Positions 17,598 through 27,623 of a DNA stretch of 64,000 nt are shown here, one piece after another (the first letter of the stretch is position 1; each line of letters opens with the position of its first letter). The stretch is from positions 26,421-90,420 of the forward strand of contig DULO01000031.1 in NCBI GenBank assembly GCA_012840345.1, given 5' to 3'. The position numbers and the translations under genes are program-made. The notes below the pieces were generated by a model. It worked only from the letters and a program-made list of their open reading frames with translations, did not search any database and was not told where the DNA came from. The DNA is from Candidatus Fermentithermobacillaceae bacterium. GTDB taxonomy: Bacteria > Bacillota > Sulfobacillia > Fermentithermobacillales > Fermentithermobacillaceae.

Positions 17598-18786
17598 GTC
17601 TTCTGAAAACTCCTCCCGTCAAGTGGATAAGTCCCGGCATTGGGTCCGAGAGGCTAAAGAGGCCGTCTCTTGGACGGTACTTGAGGAGGTCCCAAAGCCC
17701 CTTAGCGATGTAGCCGGCTCCGTTTCCGGGTAGACGCGAGTATTCGAACAGAGAGACGAAGTCGCCGGGGAAAAACCGCACCCTTACGCCGTCTTTCTGC
17801 CGCAAGGGAGCAATATCCTCCCCAAGGCAAGCGCGGTAATACAGAAGAGGAAAATCCACGCCTGCTTCAACAGCCAAAGCCAGGCTGCCCCAAAACCGCG
17901 GGTTCACCTCGAGAAAGCGGAACTTGCCGTCGAGGCCCCTCCTAAAGTCCAGCATGGCCATACCTCGCCAGTTGAGAGCCGAAAGCAAACGGTGGCTGTA
18001 GTCCACCAGCTCGGGGCAGTCCTCTGACACGCAATACACTGTGGGGCCAGCTCCCCTGGGCCTTTCACGTATGCTCCGGTAGGTAAACGAGGCAACCGGC
18101 CTTCCGTCCTTGTCGTAGAGGAGCGCGGCGCCGTAATCCTCGCCTGCCACGTATTCTTGGGCGATTGGAGCGGTTTGAACCGTTTCCATCTGACGGTACG
18201 CTTCCAATACTTCTTCCGGCGATGAGCACATTCGGTAACGTAAAGACGCGGGCAGCCCCGCGTCCTCGCCTGACCTGTATTTCAACATGACGGGGTAAGG
18301 AAGGTCTTGCGCCCACTTGAGCATGGCGGAGGCATCCCGGATGTCTACCCCGTTTTCCGCGGGCGAACTTGTTCGTGGGACCGGCACGCCCAGGCTTCGC
18401 GCCAGCTTTGTGCACCTCGCCTTGTCGTGGGCTTCTTCCAGGGCTGACGGTGTGGGGACCAGCGTTTTGGCCCGCCTCGCGATCTTAGGCTCGTCCCAAG
18501 ACATTTTAAACACGGCCGGGGTAAAGACGGGCACGAGCACTCCCCCTTCTCCCGCCGCCTCCAGCAGGGTTTCGACATCGGCGTCGGAGAGAGCGGTTTT
18601 GGCGCCGCGGCCGAGATTGACACTAGACTTGACATACTTGGAATGGAAGGCAAGCGGCCTGGGGGTGTCAGCCGCCTCGGCGGCGACAACATGTATCCCA
18701 GCCCGGCCCAGGGACCGGGCGATAGTAACCGCTATGCGAAGCCTCGCGTCGGTCACCACTGCCTTGGGTTTCTCGTAAACCGCCAT
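17584..18786 (-). CDS. ATP-grasp domain carboxylate-amine ligase
   Basis: 400 aa with an ATP-grasp core (PVMLKYRSGEDAG...EYVAG...MLDFR...FLEVNPRF). It overlaps the deacetylase start by 14 nt, as in an operon. Confidence 0.65.
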   Translation of the reverse strand: MAVYEKPKAVVTDARLRIAVTIARSLGRAGIHVVAAEAADTPRPLAFHSKYVKSSVNLGRGAKTALSDADVETLLEAAGEGGVLVPVFTPAVFKMSWDEPKIARRAKTLVPTPSALEEAHDKARCTKLARSLGVPVPRTSSPAENGVDIRDASAMLKWAQDLPYPVMLKYRSGEDAGLPASLRYRMCSSPEEVLEAYRQMETVQTAPIAQEYVAGEDYGAALLYDKDGRPVASFTYRSIRERPRGAGPTVYCVSEDCPELVDYSHRLLSALNWRGMAMLDFRRGLDGKFRFLEVNPRFWGSLALAVEAGVDFPLLYYRACLGEDIAPLRQKDGVRVRFFPGDFVSLFEYSRLPGNGAGYIAKGLWDLLKYRPRDGLFSLSDPMPGLIHLTGGVFRRHARA

Positions 18787-18900
18787 GCTCCACTCCCTTT
18801 AGTTGATTCTACCGATACCGGATGCCCCAGTCCACCAAAGCCAATTGGCACTACAATTGGGTCGTTGACACTCAATTATTCCGGTGTTAAACTCCATTAA

Positions 18901-20376
<1,476 letters not shown>

Positions 20377-20442
20377 ACGGTAGAAAGCGGAGCATGGCGC
20401 GGCCACGCGGTTCCGTACGTTAGGTTAACATAAAACCACGCT

Positions 20443-20489
20443 GGATACCTCCCGCGTATGTTGCGTTGGCACGTACGCGAGGAGGTATC
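20443..20489. terminator. Hairpin between guaB and the convergent YcaQ-like gene
   Basis: GGATACCTCCCGCGTA-15-nt loop-TACGCGAGGAGGTATC, a 15/16-bp stem, then TCTTTAT on the plus strand. Confidence 0.4.
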
Positions 20490-20515
20490 TTTATGAGTGA
20501 GAGCGGGGCGCGTGT

Positions 20516-21277
20516 CTATTTCAGCCATCCCAAAGCGCCGGAAGCGGCTCTCTCGTCCCCGCGCACGGACTCGCACCCCAGGAATCTCCTGAACTCGTCC
20601 AGGCAAGAAATGATGGCGGATCGCATATCCTGGTCGTCCGGGTCAACAGGCACGCGGCCATCCTGCCCTGTCTCCCACCACCAGTTGCGGATGACCAGTT
20701 CCTTTCTCTTTCGGTCCCGGACCGGCTCGCATCTGGCAATGAACCGGTCCCCGTACAAGACCGGCAGCACGTAGTACCCGTACCGCCGCTTGGACGGAGT
20801 CACGTAGACTTCCCAGGTATAGTCGAACTTGAAAAGCGTGGAGACAAGCCACCGGTCCCAAAGGAGATTGTCCAAGGGAGCTATGAAAGCGGCTTTCGGA
20901 GCGGAAGATTCCTCCTCGGCTTCGCGACTGAGCACAGCCTCGAGGGTAGGCTCGTCCTGGGCGCGCATGTACATAGGATGCGGGATGCCCTCCACGCTCA
21001 CTTGCTTAAGCTCCCTTTTCGCCAGGAGACGGGCGATGGACTCGGCTCTCCTGGAGCTGTTCGTGCCCTCAATTCCCAGCCATGCTTCGACGCCCCTGTT
21101 GGCAAGCAAACCCACGCTGCCGATTCTCCTGTGCACGTGCCAGTCGTGGTACTCCTCGTCGGTCGGGTTGGGCTCCGGAGCATTTAGCAGTTCAGGCGGA
21201 ATATGCCTTTCGGTCAGATCGTACGTTTTCCTGACTCCCGACTTGCTGTGGACGATCAGTTCACCCCAGAAGTACAT
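20516..21277 (-). CDS. YcaQ/AlkZ-like (DUF1006) winged-helix protein, apparently N-terminally short
   Basis: The C-terminal YGYYVLPVLYGDRFIARCEPVRDRKRKELVI block matches the YcaQ/AlkZ interstrand-crosslink glycosylase family. The listed ORF extends to 21457, but that extension is low-complexity (RIANRNPTPNARTRNPKT) and overlaps the start of the divergent FMN-binding gene. The start is therefore placed at MYFWGEL (21277). Confidence 0.5.
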   Translation of the reverse strand: MYFWGELIVHSKSGVRKTYDLTERHIPPELLNAPEPNPTDEEYHDWHVHRRIGSVGLLANRGVEAWLGIEGTNSSRRAESIARLLAKRELKQVSVEGIPHPMYMRAQDEPTLEAVLSREAEEESSAPKAAFIAPLDNLLWDRWLVSTLFKFDYTWEVYVTPSKRRYGYYVLPVLYGDRFIARCEPVRDRKRKELVIRNWWWETGQDGRVPVDPDDQDMRSAIISCLDEFRRFLGCESVRGDERAASGALGWLK

Positions 21278-21314
21278 GCCTTCCAAGGTCGCCCTGGCAT
21301 CAAAGGAGGGCAAC

Positions 21315-21740
21315 ATGAGGAGAATGTGGTGGTTATACGTTTTGGGGTTCCTGGTCCTCGCGTTGGGTGTGGGGTTCCTGTTTGCTATCCGGGGCCTGAA
21401 AGAAACTTTGGGACTTAAGATCAACCATGTCGACTTAAGCGGCGTCTCTGACGGCACGTATCAGGGAGAGTACGAGGCCGGACGTTTCAAGCTCACAGTC
21501 CAGGTTACCGTGAAGAACGGCTCCATAGCCAAAGTTGACATCATGGACTTCGACAAGTCCGGAGATGTCGGAAAGAAGATCTGGGAATCCGTTTATGGGC
21601 CGACGATAGACAGAATAGTCGAGTCCCAATCGCCCAACGTGGACATCATGTCTGGCGCGACCGCTACAACGAAGGCGCTGCTTAAGGCCGTAGAAAACGC
21701 GCTGGTGGAAGCGGGCGGAGAGATCTCGTCTTCCCGGTAA
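21315..21740 (+). CDS. FMN-binding domain membrane-anchored protein
   Basis: An AGGAGGG RBS precedes ATG 21315. The protein has an N-terminal TM helix (WWLYVLGFLVLALGVGFLFA) and the FMN_bind motif MSGATATTKAL. Confidence 0.7.
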   Translation: MRRMWWLYVLGFLVLALGVGFLFAIRGLKETLGLKINHVDLSGVSDGTYQGEYEAGRFKLTVQVTVKNGSIAKVDIMDFDKSGDVGKKIWESVYGPTIDRIVESQSPNVDIMSGATATTKALLKAVENALVEAGGEISSSR

Positions 21741-21804
21741 ACCTTCTCAGACGATACGGGGGCAGGCGGGCCTTAGGCCCTCATGCCCCCTGAAAAGACC
21801 AACT

Positions 21805-23181
21805 CTACTCCGCCGGAGGCACGTAGTTCACACCGTCCGTGTAGATGTTGGACGGGTTCCAAAGCATGAAAGTATAGATTCCGCGCTCGAACAGGGCGTT
21901 AATCTGCCCCTGCACTTCAGCTGGGCCGTACTTGATCCTCATAGAGAAGTCCTGCAGCCAAGGTCTGTTCTTCGCTCTGAGTCCCGCGGTCCTCTCTGCT
22001 GCCTCGTCCGCGGACTTCCCCACGACCTCGTACGGGTGAGCCTCGGGGACTTCGAAACCGTAGATCCCGGCGTTGTAGTAGTGAGACGGGTACACCATGG
22101 GAGATATGAAATCGACACAGTCGGCCACCTGTTCCAGCTTTTGGCCAATTCCCATGTCGTCCACGGCGATAGTGGTAAAGCCGAAAATGTCCGCGCTCAG
22201 TATGGCTTTGTCCTTTAGAGCATCGGACATGTAGTTGAGAAACGCCACGATGGCATCGCCCCGGCTCTCGTACTTCTCTCGCCCCGGCATCACAGTGGTG
22301 TTTTCTATCCCGGCTGCGCTGTCAGGGAAACGGACGTAGTCAAGCTGGATCTCGTGGAAACCCATCTCCACAGCCCACAAGGCTGTGGTCTTGATGTGCT
22401 CCCAGTTTCTTTCGTCGCACGGATTTAGCCACAATCGCCCGTCGCGGTCCCGCCACGGCGTGCCAGAAGGGGTGCGTATGGCCAGTTCGGGATAATTGGA
22501 CGCGATATAGGGGTCCTGGAAACACACGATGCGGGCGATAAGGTAGTACCCTTCCCGGCTTAGTTCCTTCACCAACGCGGGGTAGTGTTTGTAACCCGCC
22601 GAACGGGACGGCACTCCCTCAGGCGGATCGCACGGGACCATGCCGCTGTTGTCCCTCACGTCCATGACCAGAGCGTTAAGCCCTTCGTGTTTCCGCACAA
22701 AGGTGATGATGGAAGACATCTTTGAGACCGTCCCCGCCGCGGGGATTGTAACGTATACGGCGCGCGCTTCCTGCGCACGTTCCATTAGTGTGGGCCCCGG
22801 CGGTTCGATCTCTTCAGGGTCTTCTGTGTCGACCGGCACAGGATCGCCGGCGGGGCCCCAAGGCCCGGATATGCCGCTAAGGAATTCGACGCTCCCGTCA
22901 AATGGATAGGTGCCCGTCGCCCACAAAGCAACCGCCGCGCAAACGATCATCGCAAGACTGACCCAGACAAGTACCCCCGGACTTCCCCTCCGTCTGCGAC
23001 TCCTTCGTGAAGCGACAACAACCGCGCGCAAGTCCTCATTACCGGCATTCCCCGCCATCAAGGCTCCCCCGTCTCTCCTGAGATTCCCAGCCCAAGCTCC
23101 TCGGACATACTCCGACAGGCTTCTACAAGGGCTTCTACAGGGACGAACACAAACCTTCTTTTGTTCCAGCGTTTTGGGCAC
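21805..23181 (-). CDS. Putative glycoside-hydrolase-like (GHL/DUF4015-type TIM-barrel) membrane-anchored protein
   Basis: 458 aa with an N-terminal TM (VLVWVSLAMIVCAAVALWA) followed by HEIQLDYVRFP and TIAVDDMGIGQ motifs. These are seen in uncharacterised glycosyl-hydrolase-like families. Confidence 0.55.
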   Translation of the reverse strand: MPKTLEQKKVCVRPCRSPCRSLSEYVRGAWAGNLRRDGGALMAGNAGNEDLRAVVVASRRSRRRRGSPGVLVWVSLAMIVCAAVALWATGTYPFDGSVEFLSGISGPWGPAGDPVPVDTEDPEEIEPPGPTLMERAQEARAVYVTIPAAGTVSKMSSIITFVRKHEGLNALVMDVRDNSGMVPCDPPEGVPSRSAGYKHYPALVKELSREGYYLIARIVCFQDPYIASNYPELAIRTPSGTPWRDRDGRLWLNPCDERNWEHIKTTALWAVEMGFHEIQLDYVRFPDSAAGIENTTVMPGREKYESRGDAIVAFLNYMSDALKDKAILSADIFGFTTIAVDDMGIGQKLEQVADCVDFISPMVYPSHYYNAGIYGFEVPEAHPYEVVGKSADEAAERTAGLRAKNRPWLQDFSMRIKYGPAEVQGQINALFERGIYTFMLWNPSNIYTDGVNYVPPAE

Positions 23182-23258
23182 AGCCGGTTTGAGGTCAGGC
23201 CTAATGGTTGGTTAACGCCATGTGATTAGAATTGGGACAGGTAGCGGCTTCTCAGACT

Positions 23259-23747
23259 CTATTTCTTCGAGAGATACCTGAGCGCCACTGAAATCCCCAT
23301 GAATCCGACAGACAGTTCCAGAGGAATCACCAATCTTTGGATGTCCACCGTAGAAATTACGACACCTTTCCCGGCAATAACGGTCGGAGGCGTCAAATTA
23401 CACTGGAATCCGTAATCCTCGAGGCCGGCAGCGGCCTGCGCGGTGATGATGTTCCCCATCTCAGCGATAGCCGACTCGGCCAGTTGTCCAAAAACCGGGA
23501 CGGGTTCCCCTATGAGGATGGAGGCGATTTGCTTAGCGGTCTTCTCCGACATGCTGTAGAGGACGGTGCCCTCGGCCTCTCCGGCCACCCCGATGGCCAC
23601 GTTAACCTCTCCCGAAGTAGCCTTGGAGGACTCCAGCCTCAACTGGCCCCTGGTTACTTCCACTCTCAACTCCTCCTGCAGGAACCGGTAGGCAGACTCA
23701 ACGAACGGAATGACCAGGCCTGCCTTCATCATGGAAATCCCCTCCAA
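23259..23747 (-). CDS. cheX: CheX/CheC-family chemotaxis phosphatase
   Basis: 162 aa with CheC-like fold motifs (GEAEGTVLYSMSE...AEMGNIITAQAA). It lies in the che operon directly downstream of cheR. Confidence 0.6.
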   Translation of the reverse strand: MEGISMMKAGLVIPFVESAYRFLQEELRVEVTRGQLRLESSKATSGEVNVAIGVAGEAEGTVLYSMSEKTAKQIASILIGEPVPVFGQLAESAIAEMGNIITAQAAAGLEDYGFQCNLTPPTVIAGKGVVISTVDIQRLVIPLELSVGFMGISVALRYLSKK

Positions 23748-23756
23748 ACGGCAAAT

Positions 23757-24644
23757 TCACATAGCTTGATAGAAAAACGGCATTATCTGAGTAAGCCCGT
23801 ATTTGTTCGCGTCCACAATCGCTTCGGTAGAACCGGCGAAAAACACACCTTCAGGAACCAAAGACTTACTTAAGTTTCGAAGCACATGGTCTTTGCCGGC
23901 GGCGGTGAAGTAGATCATGACGTTTCGGCACAAGACAAGGCCGACTCCTGACGGGTAGGGGTCCGACAGCAGGTTGTGGCGCTCGAATGTAACCAGGCGT
24001 CTAAGCGAAGGCTTGACGGTGTACGCGGCGCCGTCCCTGCTGAAGTACGCGTTCAGAATCTCCGGAGGTATCCCCTGAACTTCGTCCTCGGAATATCGCC
24101 CTGAGGACGCCTTATCCAGACTTGGCCGGTGGATGTCGGTACCCAGCACGCGGAACCGTCTCCCCATATGCCGGTCCAGCGCCATAGCCACGGAGTAGGC
24201 CTCTTGGCCGCCTGACGAGCCCGCGCTCCAAACGAATACCTCCCGGTTTCGGTCCGCCAACTTCCGGAGAATGGGCACGATCCGGCGGACCAACCCCTCC
24301 CATTGCTCCGTGTCTCGGAAAAACCCGGAGACGTTGATGGTTATGTAGTCCAGAAGACTCCCTAGGCTCTCGCGGTCTCTTTCCAGCGAGGACGCCAGGG
24401 CGTAGAAACTGGGAAAACCCTGCCTCTGGCGGTACGCGTTGAGCCTCCTGTGCATCTGCTGGCCTTTGTACCTGGAAAGATCGATCCCGGTCCGCTCCAG
24501 TATTATTTTGCACACGCAGGAATAACCGGGTCCGTAGACCCGAGCGTCATCACCACACAAAGCGCCGGGGTTCACCTGAACCGGACCGGAACGCCGGACC
24601 TGTTGGTGAGGAAGATACGGGGTCTCGAGGTTCACCCCTGACAC
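23757..24644 (-). CDS. cheR: Chemotaxis protein methyltransferase
   Basis: 295 aa with the CheR N-terminal helical domain and SAM-binding VWSAGSSGGQEAYSVAM. Confidence 0.8.
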   Translation of the reverse strand: MSGVNLETPYLPHQQVRRSGPVQVNPGALCGDDARVYGPGYSCVCKIILERTGIDLSRYKGQQMHRRLNAYRQRQGFPSFYALASSLERDRESLGSLLDYITINVSGFFRDTEQWEGLVRRIVPILRKLADRNREVFVWSAGSSGGQEAYSVAMALDRHMGRRFRVLGTDIHRPSLDKASSGRYSEDEVQGIPPEILNAYFSRDGAAYTVKPSLRRLVTFERHNLLSDPYPSGVGLVLCRNVMIYFTAAGKDHVLRNLSKSLVPEGVFFAGSTEAIVDANKYGLTQIMPFFYQAM

Positions 24645-25000
24645 TGCTTTCGCACCGCTTCCAAGAGCTTATCGGGCTCGAAGGGTTTTATCACGAAGTC
24701 CCTGGCCCCCGCCCTAATCGCCTCAAGGACCATGCTCCTTTGGCTGATCGCGGTAACCATAATCACCTTGGCTTCCGGGTCTTTTTCCCTTATGGCTTTG
24801 ACCGCTTCTATTCCTCCCATAACTGGCATGGTGATGTCCATGAGGACCACGTCCGGCTTCACGTCGAAGTACTTGTCCACGGCGTCGGCACCGTTAACCG
24901 CCTCGTAGATTTCGTACCCTTGACCCGCGAGAAGCCTCGCCGCTTTAGTTCTCATGAACAAAGCGTCGTCAACGCATAAGACCTTAGCCACGGCCACCAA
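24632..25000 (-). CDS. cheY: Chemotaxis response regulator
   Basis: 122 aa single REC domain (VLCVDDALFMR...DVVLMDITMP...K...). It lies between cheA and cheR. Confidence 0.85.
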   Translation of the reverse strand: MVAVAKVLCVDDALFMRTKAARLLAGQGYEIYEAVNGADAVDKYFDVKPDVVLMDITMPVMGGIEAVKAIREKDPEAKVIMVTAISQRSMVLEAIRAGARDFVIKPFEPDKLLEAVRKQCQG

Positions 25001-25037
25001 CTCCCCTCATCTTGTCCTGGCCGATCGTCTGAAACTC

Positions 25038-27050
25038 TCACAGAATCCGGTTGATGTCCAAGATTACCGCCGGGTCACCTTCAGCGAGTATGGTCGCCCC
25101 GGCTACTCCCCTGACGCGCGAAAGGAGGCCTCTCAATTCTTTGACCACGATCTCCTCCTCGCCCAGCAATTCTTCTACTCCAAGCGCCACGGGCTGAGCC
25201 TGGGTCCTGGTAAGGAGCGCGTAACGGCTTCCGTCGCGCTGCCAGGGCGAGTCGCTCAAGACTCCTTTGAGGGAGACAAGCGGGACTATCCTGTCTCTCA
25301 CTTTCATGGCCTGCTTGCCCCGCACGCTCCCTATGGACTGGTCCTTAAGGGAGAAGATTTCCTCAACCGAGGAGGTCGGTATGGCGTAAACCTCGTCTGC
25401 GCATTTCACCAACAGGGCCCGCATGATGGAAAGTGTAAGGGGCAGCCTGAGGGTCACTTGAGTACCTTCGCCCGGGCGGGTCCAAAGCTCGATCCGGCCG
25501 TTCACTCGTTCAAGGTTTTGGCGGGCCACGTCCATGCCCACTCCCCGCCCCGACACTTCGGTCGTCTCGGACGCGGTCGAAAGACCGGGGAGAAAAACCA
25601 GTTCGCAGATTTCCTGTTCCGAAAGCTTGCGGCTGGCCTCTTCCGTAATAAGCCCCTTCTTCACGGCAGTTCTACGAATCCTTTCAGGATCCATGCCCGC
25701 CCCGTCGTCCTCAACCCTTACGAGGATCTGGTTGTCTTCATACCAGGCCGAAAGGCGGATGTTCCCCGCCTTGGGTTTCCCAAGCCTCTCCCGTTCATCA
25801 GGCATTTCGATACCGTGATCAACCGCGTTCCTCAAGAGGTGGATCAGGGGATCGTCAATAGCTTCAAGAACCGTGCGGTCCATCTCGGTTGACTCTCCGG
25901 TCATGCTGAATACAGTCTCTTTGCCGCAGCGCCGCGAAAGGTCCCTGACCATTCTTGGGAATTTGCCGACTATGCTCTTTAGCGGGAGCAGCCTTGCCCG
26001 CATGAGTCCGTCTTGAAGCTCCGAACTGGTCCTTTGGAGGTGGGATGCCAGAGAGCTTATTTCGCTGCCCACTGCCGCCGTTTCGCTGTTGGACATGAGC
26101 CTTGCCGCTATCTGGCTGAGCCTGGTCCTGTCTATCACCAGTTCTCCTACCATGTTCATTAGAGAGTCCAGAAGGGCCACATCGACGCGAACGGTCTTCC
26201 CCAGCGCGGTCTTTTCCACTCTTATTTCCGGCTTTTTGTCAGGCGAAGACGCGCCGGCGATGGTGGTGTTTACCGTATACCTTCGCACAGACACTTCCAC
26301 TACATCCTGAACCGTGGCAGCTATCCTTTGGGCTTGTTCCGACTCCTTTTCTCCCACGACGTACAAAGTCAGAGCGTCGCTGGCCTTGTCGTTTTCGATG
26401 TCCTCCAACGACGGCGAGGAGCCGGCCACTTCCGCCACTTCTTCCACCAGCGTCAGCACTTGAAAGCACCTTACTGAGAGCAGGGGAGCGTCCGTTCTGA
26501 ACCTGACCGTTAGTACGTAGACAGGGTTGCCTTGAGATACAAGCGCCTCCAAAGAAGCGGTCAAGGCGCCGGCCGCGCCCTTGGCGGGAAGCTTCTCGCA
26601 CGTTTCAGGCCATTTCAGGGGGACATTACTCTGGGGACCTTCCGACGGTGACGGGCATATCTGGAGGGCTTCAACAACCGGGAGTATCCCGGACGCCGGA
26701 GGGCCTTCCGCGCCTTCCCCGATGGCGTTACGCCAGTCCTTAAGCCAGTCTAAGACCTTGAACAGGCCGTTCATCATCTCGGAAGTGACGGAACGCTGGC
26801 CGGTCCTCACCTCGTCCAATACGGTCTCCATCCCGTGGCAAACGGAAACGGCTTCTTCCAGACCTAGGGTCGCCGCGCCGCCTTTCAATGTGTGCATCGC
26901 CCTGAACAGTTCCTGAAGCAGGGCGCTGTCAGATGGCGCTTTCTCAAGCAGTACAAGGTTCTGCTCGGTGTTGGCCAGGATCTCGTCGGTTTCGGCAAGC
27001 AAAACCTCGAGGTCTTTCGCGTACTCCTTCGCTTCCGCTTCTCTGATCAT
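25038..27050 (-). CDS. cheA: Chemotaxis histidine kinase
   Basis: 670 aa with an HPt domain (AMHTLKGGAATLGL), dimerisation and HATPase domains (HLLRNAVDHG...GRGVGMDV) and a C-terminal CheW-like domain. Confidence 0.9.
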   Translation of the reverse strand: MIREAEAKEYAKDLEVLLAETDEILANTEQNLVLLEKAPSDSALLQELFRAMHTLKGGAATLGLEEAVSVCHGMETVLDEVRTGQRSVTSEMMNGLFKVLDWLKDWRNAIGEGAEGPPASGILPVVEALQICPSPSEGPQSNVPLKWPETCEKLPAKGAAGALTASLEALVSQGNPVYVLTVRFRTDAPLLSVRCFQVLTLVEEVAEVAGSSPSLEDIENDKASDALTLYVVGEKESEQAQRIAATVQDVVEVSVRRYTVNTTIAGASSPDKKPEIRVEKTALGKTVRVDVALLDSLMNMVGELVIDRTRLSQIAARLMSNSETAAVGSEISSLASHLQRTSSELQDGLMRARLLPLKSIVGKFPRMVRDLSRRCGKETVFSMTGESTEMDRTVLEAIDDPLIHLLRNAVDHGIEMPDERERLGKPKAGNIRLSAWYEDNQILVRVEDDGAGMDPERIRRTAVKKGLITEEASRKLSEQEICELVFLPGLSTASETTEVSGRGVGMDVARQNLERVNGRIELWTRPGEGTQVTLRLPLTLSIMRALLVKCADEVYAIPTSSVEEIFSLKDQSIGSVRGKQAMKVRDRIVPLVSLKGVLSDSPWQRDGSRYALLTRTQAQPVALGVEELLGEEEIVVKELRGLLSRVRGVAGATILAEGDPAVILDINRIL

Positions 27051-27068
27051 TTCTTCCTCACTAGAAAA

Positions 27069-27620
27069 CTAAGGGTTTTTAGCCTCTTTGAGCGTCCTCT
27101 TCTCGGCGTCCGAGATGATCTTGGTCAGGTCTACAAGGACGATTAGATCATCGTCAACCTTGGCGATGCCTTCTATGTACTCGACATCGGGACCCACGAT
27201 CACTTGAGCCGGGGGCTCGATAGAGTCCACGGGAATCTGCATGACGGAAGACACCGCGTCAACGACTACCCCTATGCTGTCATACTCGTCCTCAACCAAA
27301 ATGATCCGCTGGTCTTCAGCCGATTGGGAGCGTGGGAGGCCGAAGTGCTTTCTTAGGTCCAGAACGGGGATAACCCGTCCCCGCAAGTTTATGATGCCTT
27401 CCACAAACTCGGGCGCCCTGGGCACCCGAACGATCTTCTGGCTGGGAATGATCTCCCGGACCTTGGAGATATCCACTCCGTAAAGCTCCGAGCCCAAAGA
27501 AAAGGCGACGATTTGCCGTTCCGCGCTTATTTGAACAGGTGGCCCTGACAATTGTGTAGCCAAAAGAAAAACCCCCTCCCGAGGGTTTATCGAAACCTGC
27601 GAGGGGGAATTAACTGACAA
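27069..27620 (-). CDS. cheW: Chemotaxis coupling protein
   Basis: 183 aa CheW domain (IVAFSLGSELYGVDISKVREI). Confidence 0.8.
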   Translation of the reverse strand: MSVNSPSQVSINPREGVFLLATQLSGPPVQISAERQIVAFSLGSELYGVDISKVREIIPSQKIVRVPRAPEFVEGIINLRGRVIPVLDLRKHFGLPRSQSAEDQRIILVEDEYDSIGVVVDAVSSVMQIPVDSIEPPAQVIVGPDVEYIEGIAKVDDDLIVLVDLTKIISDAEKRTLKEAKNP

Positions 27621-27623
27621 GAG

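Noticed and set aside
20466-20774. 102-aa plus-strand ORF with an AGGAGG-N7-ATG
   Set aside because: The RBS-like sequence is part of the hairpin stem. The ORF is antisense to the conserved C-terminus of the YcaQ-like gene and has low-complexity composition.
21278-21457. N-terminal extension of the YcaQ-like ORF
   Set aside because: Low-complexity (RIANRNPTPNARTRNPKT), and its ATG overlaps the ATG of the divergent FMN-binding gene, so it was treated as non-coding.
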